The notes beneath the pieces were generated by a model. That model searched no databases, was not told the DNA's origin, and saw nothing but the letters and a program-made list of their open reading frames with translations. DNA of 21,461 bases from Octopus sinensis (taxonomy: Eukaryota): the NCBI RefSeq assembly GCF_006345805.1, contig NW_021823768.1, positions 1-21,461 on the forward strand. The letters are read 5' to 3'. The position numbers and the translations under genes were made by a program. This document shows, in pieces, positions 19,835 through 21,461 of this stretch (position 1 is its first letter; each line of letters starts with the position of its first letter).

Positions 19835-20087
19835 ATAAGCGCGCCCTTTTAAAGCCTAGCCAGGCTCATGGGCTCGGTTTCCCGGTTTCTATGGCGTATG
19901 TGTTCCCCAGCTGGACGGGACGCCAGTCCATCGCAGCGTTACTCATTTTTGCCAGCTGAGTGAACTGGAGCAACGTGAAATGAAGTGTTTTGCTCAAGAA
20001 CACAACGCGTCGCCCGGTCCAGGAATCGAAACCACAATCTTACGATCATGGTGCTGACACCCTAACCACTAAGCCACGCGCCTCCAC
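19835..20087 (-). mobile_element. tRNA-derived CORE-like SINE nested in an older SINE
   Basis: Minus-strand head GTGGAGGCGCGTGGCTTAGTGG ... GGTTTCGATTCC; approximate TSD AGAA(G)AAAATAAAA. Confidence 0.85.
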
Positions 20088-21257
20088 AGAAAAAAATAAA
20101 GTACCAGTCAAATATTAGGGTCGATGATATCAACCAAGCCCACCCTATTTCAAAACTGCTGGCTTTGTGCCGAAAGTAGAACCCATGACTATCATTGACT
20201 AAGAAGGCAGTTGTATATGCAACAGGCTACCACAAAGTTTCTGCTCACCATACTCGTTCAAAAGGCATTAACAGACACTTTTCCCAAGATGCTGCGCAGT
20301 GGGATTGGCCCCAAAATCATTTGGCTATGATAAGAACTTTTGAACCATACAGCTATGCTTGTGCATATATTTAAAAAAAAAATAGCGGTTTATATGTTAT
20401 TTAGGAAAAAAAAAATCACAGATGCTCTTGTTTGTATGGAAATTTGTCAATGCAGATATAACTTTGTCAGTAAATACATAACAGGCTTTAAAAATAACAA
20501 TATTGGTAAGTGCAAGCTCTTACATATGGGAATATAATAACCGTTCATTTTTTGAATATATAACACGTTTAATGTTCAGAGCTGAAAAATTCACTGAGTT
20601 AAACATGGCGGAGAATAAACACTCGCTCATTTTTTTTTTTTTTTTTTTTTTTTACAAGTTTATTCAGATTAAAACGCTTTTAATGGTTTTGACAAGCTGA
20701 AAAGAGAGTTCCATGGTGAGAAATAAAAGGTTTTGCTGATTCCTCTGTTACACTTGGTTCCTGTCGTAACTGGAAGAAAAGGGAAGGAGAGCGAAGCGAA
20801 ACAATTCTCTTCTGGTTAACGGCTTCGTAACACACGAACGGCTTCGATCTATGGTTAAGTGAGTGTTTGTAAAGTGGACATACAGAAAAACTAAATAGCA
20901 AATCGACTCTTTCTTGCATAGTATCGTTTCCCTATAATAGTCCATTGTTTGGCTTTGTTCGTTTCTATCATTTCCAGCGTAATTTTCACTGCTGTTGCTG
21001 CAGTAGAGAGGAATATTCAATACAGAACATAAATGGTTCGAATTCGTGTAGTGACAAAAGTCTGTTGACAAACAATTTACAATAAAAATAAGATAACAGT
21101 TTTAGCTAAAAGCCTTACACAAATGTCACCATCGCCGCCATATTTTGCAAATTGACTGATATAATACTACTGTTAATTCCAAGTCAACGAATAGATATGC
21201 TGGTCAATCACCATACACACACACACACTGTCTATCTATCTATCTCTCTCTCTCTCT

Positions 21258-21299
<42 letters not shown>

Positions 21300-21300
<1 letters not shown>

Positions 21301-21450
21301 AGGACACCAGTACCCAATTGGTACATGTTTATCGATCCCGAAAGATGAACGGCAAAGTCGACCTCGGTAAATTTGAACTCAGAACGTAAAGACGGACGAA
21401 ATACCGCTAAGCATTTCGCTCGGCGTCCTTTCGATTCGCCAGCTCACAGT
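21300..21450 (-). mobile_element. Partial SINE of the 3357-3755 family
   Basis: GGCAAAGTCGACCTCGG...TTTGAACTCAGAACGTAAAGAC...GAAATAC. Confidence 0.85.
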
Positions 21451-21461
21451 CTTATTTTTTC

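Overview
Repeat-dense eukaryotic DNA with no intact protein-coding gene. The SINE families and the density of (CA)n/(TA)n/(AGAT)n repeats look like an octopus (cephalopod) genome; this is my recognition of the repeats, not a database result. Contents: many tRNA-derived SINE copies, a decayed mariner with intact TIRs, a 5'-truncated Penelope-like retroelement (RT plus GIY-YIG), two 5'-truncated Tx1/L1-clade LINE ends inside (AGAT)n arrays, an RTE-type endonuclease relic, hAT and Tigger-like MITEs, and possibly two or three small host exons. The most interesting part is 5.5-12.4 kb, a cluster of small non-coding elements, most inserted in (TA)n, carrying five type I hammerhead ribozyme motifs, each with a different palindromic stem III. 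Two elements (9286-9697 and 10782-11412) are diverged homologues with 350- and 361-bp monomers, terminal redundancy and covarying stems, i.e. retrozyme-like elements probably copied from circular or multimeric RNA. They also share a second conserved structured domain that resembles a rearranged HDV-like ribozyme (hypothesis only). All folds were done by eye.
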